DNA of 64,000 nt from Candidatus Tectimicrobiota bacterium (GTDB lineage Bacteria; JACPUC01), in contig JACPUC010000007.1 of assembly GCA_016192455.1 (NCBI GenBank), forward strand, positions 132,720-196,719, written 5' to 3'. The notes under the pieces were generated by a model. The model saw only the letters and a list, made by a program, of their open reading frames with translations, had not been told where the DNA came from and did not search any database. Positions 61,083-64,000 of this stretch are shown one piece after another. Position numbers and translations under genes: made by a program. Every line of letters begins with the position of its first letter. The stretch's first letter is position 1.

Positions 61083-61769
61083 ATGAATGAGATCCTCTTC
61101 TTCGCACTCACCCTCATCGGCTTGGGCGCCAGCCTCATTGCGTTCAGAGCCGGGAAAGTGTGGCTGACGGCCTTGGTGGGCGTGAATATCGTCCTCGCCA
61201 ACATCTTCGTGACCAAGCAGATCGACATCTTCGGCCTGCAGGGAACCGGCGGCATCGTCCTCTACGCGGCAATCTTCCTGTCAACCGACCTGCTCTGCGA
61301 GCATTACGGCGAAGAGGAGGCGCGCGACGCCGTCTACGTAGGCTTCTTCTGCGCTCTGCTCTTCCTGCTGACCTCGCAGGTGCTGCTCCTCTTCACCCCC
61401 GCGCCGCGGGATCAGGCCCACCCCGCCATGCAGGTTCTCTTCGGGGCGCAGCCGCGCATCATCGGCGCCAGCCTCCTTGCCTACCTCGTCTCGCAGCTCC
61501 ACGATGTGTGGAGCTTCGGCCTCCTGCGCCGACTCACACAGGGTCGCCACCCATGGCTGCGGAACAACGGCTCCACTTGGGTGAGCCAGGCGATCGACAC
61601 CGTCCTCTTCAACGGCCTCGCATTTGCCGGCGTCTTTCCAGCGCGCGTCGTGGTGCAGATCATCATCTCGTCCTACATCCTGAAAATCATCGTGGCGATC
61701 ATCGACACGCCGTTCTTTTACGCTGGCTTCTGGCTGCACCCCGCGACCGACCGCAGCAAGGCGAGGTGA
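61083..61769 (+). CDS. Queuosine-precursor transporter (YhhQ / VUT family)
   Basis: ANIFVTK, FLSTDLLCEHYG, PRIIGASLLAYLVSQLHDV, WLRNNGSTWVSQAIDT, DTPFFY. Confidence 0.9.
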   Translation: MNEILFFALTLIGLGASLIAFRAGKVWLTALVGVNIVLANIFVTKQIDIFGLQGTGGIVLYAAIFLSTDLLCEHYGEEEARDAVYVGFFCALLFLLTSQVLLLFTPAPRDQAHPAMQVLFGAQPRIIGASLLAYLVSQLHDVWSFGLLRRLTQGRHPWLRNNGSTWVSQAIDTVLFNGLAFAGVFPARVVVQIIISSYILKIIVAIIDTPFFYAGFWLHPATDRSKAR

Positions 61770-61829
61770 GCGGCGCCGGCGACAAGCTGGGGAATTAGTC
61801 CTGCTTGCGAGTGGCCGCTGATGAGTCGA

Positions 61830-62243
61830 TCAGAGCGATACGAGGATGCCTGCCAGGATTGCCAGGCCGATCCCCAGCAACTGCAGGCCGCTCAGAGGTT
61901 CCTTCAGGATCACGACGCTCAGCAAGAGCGTGACGACAGGGTAGAGGGCCGTCAGGGGGACGATGATGGCAACTTTCCCCATCTCGATGGCGCGAAAGAA
62001 GAAGTACACCGCCCAACCGGTCAAGGCGCCGCCCAGCATGCCCCACAGCGCTCCCGCCAGGTTCAGGTTCCGGTGCGGTTGCCCCGAAGAAAGCACCATG
62101 TAGAGGACCACGCTGAAGTAGCCGACGTACCCCATCAGGAAGACCGACTTCGCGGTGATATGCTCCACCGCGAGCTTCCCGACGATTCCCCACAACCCCC
62201 AGAAGAGGATCACCAGCAAGCTGTAGAGAAGCCAGGTTTCCAT
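61830..62243 (-). CDS. EamA/DMT family small transporter
   Basis: Five TM segments, FWGLWGIVGK, GKVAIIVPLTALYPVVT...ILKE.LS; GGAGAGG RBS. Confidence 0.9.
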   Translation of the reverse strand: METWLLYSLLVILFWGLWGIVGKLAVEHITAKSVFLMGYVGYFSVVLYMVLSSGQPHRNLNLAGALWGMLGGALTGWAVYFFFRAIEMGKVAIIVPLTALYPVVTLLLSVVILKEPLSGLQLLGIGLAILAGILVSL

Positions 62244-62647
62244 ATTCACCTCTCCTGCGTCCCGGCTTGCGTCTGCTCGAAGCACGCGAGTTCGCGCGCG
62301 CGGCCTGCCCCAGCAATGGAGCTGGAACGATAGCGCGACCAAACCGTCGCCCCCCTCAAATCCACATCACGTCTCTCCCATCAGAGCTGCCCGCCGATGC
62401 GCCAACGGCAGCGCTCCCAACCTTTTTCCGGACCTAGCGCGCAAAGAGACGGAGCCGAGAGGGCTTCTGGAGTGCCCAAGGCGAGTGGCCGCGGAATCGC
62501 CGCCGGGCGCAGAAGCAGACAGGCCGACCCGTGGCCCGGATCGGCCTGCCCGCGCTGCGCTGGAGCTTTGTTCTCCTGCGTCGCCGTGCCGGCGCGGGAA
62601 CGGCGTGGTGGAACTCTCATCCCCGCCCCAACGTGGCCGCCGCCTGT

Positions 62648-64000
62648 TTACTGCAGGGTGATCACCCGCGAAGCGACAGCGAGCTGGTTGGCGCGGACCA
62701 GCGGGTCGGTGCCCGGCGGAGTGATGACGCTCACCACGTTGAACTGCCCCCGCACCGGCAGTGGCGCCGGCAAAGGGATGGCAATCACCGGAAGGGAGAC
62801 ACCGGCGGGGTTGAGGAGCGTGCCGCCACCGCGATACACCGAGAGCACCCCGATCTCCCCGGCGACATTCACGTCGGTGAAGAGGGCGAAGAAGTTATCG
62901 GGGAAGATGATGGCGGCATAGACGTCGACGACTCCCTCGCCGCTCACCTGCAGGTTCACCCGCAGAAAGTCACCGCCGGTGAAGCTGTTCGCATCGTTCG
63001 CGGTGGTGATGCTGACCTGCGCATTGCCGAGCACCTCTACCTCGGTCTGGGCGCTGTTACCGGCTGCATCGGTCACGGTGACAAAGTAGGAGCCGCGCAG
63101 GCTGGCGGCGGTGTGCTGGACCGTCGCCCCGGCTGTGGCGCTGAGGTTGCCGGCGTCGGCCTGCCACGAGTAAGGCGACACGCCGCCGGCGACGTTGAAA
63201 CGCACCGTCTCGCCGGCCGCCAGGGTGGCCCGCCGCGGCGTCGGCCGGGGGACCTCGCTGACGGTGACGACCGCCACCCCGGTGCTGCCCGCGGTATCGG
63301 TGACCACGAGGTTCGCCGTTCCGGTCACCGTCGGAGCTGTGTAGGTGATGCGCGCCCCGGTGGTGGGGCTTACGCTGCCGGCGGTTGCCGACCAGACAAA
63401 GGAGCCGGAGCCGCCGGCGGCAAAGAAGGAGGCGGTGTCGTTCGTCGCCACCACCGCCTGCGCGGGCGAGATGCGGATGCGCGAGTTCACGTTGATGTTG
63501 ATGATCGCCTGATTGCCGGCGTTATCCGCCACCCCGACGTTGAAGACGCCGGCCAGGGAGGGGGCGGTGTAGGTGATCGCCACATTCTCGGCGCTGGTGG
63601 TGGCGCTCAACTCGCCGCGCTCGGCGGTCCAAGTGTACGGCGGGGTGCCGCTGAGCGCGCGCAGCTCGCCGCTGCCGCCGAGATCAAGGCGCAGCACGGC
63701 GGGGCTCACCCGGATCGTGCCGCTGGCCACGCTCACCTGGCCGAAGGCGCTGTTGCCGGCGGAGTCGGTGACGATGACCGTCTGGTTGCTGATCTGGGCC
63801 GGGGCGGTGAACGTCGTCGTCTCGCCGGTGATGGGACTGACCTGGCCGGCGGAGGCGGTATAGAAGTAGGTCCCCGTGCCCCCACTGGCGGTGAACGTAG
63901 CAGTCGCCCGCGGCTGCACGTTCGCGGTCTGCGGCGTGAGCGCCAGCGGTTGCGTGACGTTGATCGCCGCCATCACCTCGCTGCCGCTCGAATCCCGCAA
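62648..64000 (-). CDS. Large surface/secreted protein with tandem Ig-like repeats, C-terminal part (probably 5' truncated by window edge)
   Basis: Four ~75-aa T/A/G/V-rich repeats (P.......F.A.GG...Y.W.A..G........YTAP......V.V.D.AG) followed by a distinct ~125-aa terminal domain. Confidence 0.82.
   Translation of the reverse strand: MRDSSGSEVMAAINVTQPLALTPQTANVQPRATATFTASGGTGTYFYTASAGQVSPITGETTTFTAPAQISNQTVIVTDSAGNSAFGQVSVASGTIRVSPAVLRLDLGGSGELRALSGTPPYTWTAERGELSATTSAENVAITYTAPSLAGVFNVGVADNAGNQAIININVNSRIRISPAQAVVATNDTASFFAAGGSGSFVWSATAGSVSPTTGARITYTAPTVTGTANLVVTDTAGSTGVAVVTVSEVPRPTPRRATLAAGETVRFNVAGGVSPYSWQADAGNLSATAGATVQHTAASLRGSYFVTVTDAAGNSAQTEVEVLGNAQVSITTANDANSFTGGDFLRVNLQVSGEGVVDVYAAIIFPDNFFALFTDVNVAGEIGVLSVYRGGGTLLNPAGVSLPVIAIPLPAPLPVRGQFNVVSVITPPGTDPLVRANQLAVASRVITLQ

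Noticed and set aside
60963-61083. preQ1 riboswitch upstream of the YhhQ-like gene
   Set aside because: No preQ1-I-like stem with an A-rich tail is visible; an Rfam scan would be needed to exclude other classes.

Overview
High-GC bacterial chromosomal segment with no rRNA, tRNA or CRISPR recognised; taxonomy cannot be fixed from this window. In order: the end of a glutamine-synthetase-like gene plus an amidohydrolase (a split FluG/NodGS-type pair); a ~13.5 kb seven-gene MoxR/vWA envelope operon (DUF4175-like, TPR-gluzincin, MoxR, DUF58, BatA-vWA, Tat-exported DUF4159-like, vWA/GATase-like); and a signalling/accessory patch at 16-25 kb. That patch holds a PilZ-PAS hybrid kinase and a YcgR-like PilZ protein (both behind sigma28-like promoters), an XRE-HTH-sigma70-region-4 fusion, two orphan genes, an IS256 remnant, REP-like palindromes and a sigma54 response regulator. 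Next come yihA/engB, a VOC protein, an RND pair, DUF72, an orphan PaaA-like diiron protein, a HisC-like aminotransferase, a decayed hydantoinase-A fragment, a helical-repeat membrane protein, mobA and two MaoC-like genes. The rest comprises pstC/A/B with a Pho-box-like repeat, an orphan xanthine-dehydrogenase-family Mo subunit, a hydantoinase A/B-ABC importer-methyltransferase operon, a dienelactone hydrolase, a selenocysteine-containing selD split by the ORF track at its UGA, a divergent lipoate ligase, a YhhQ-like transporter, an EamA protein and the 3' end of an Ig-like repeat surface protein. All family calls come from motif recognition by eye; no database searches were run.
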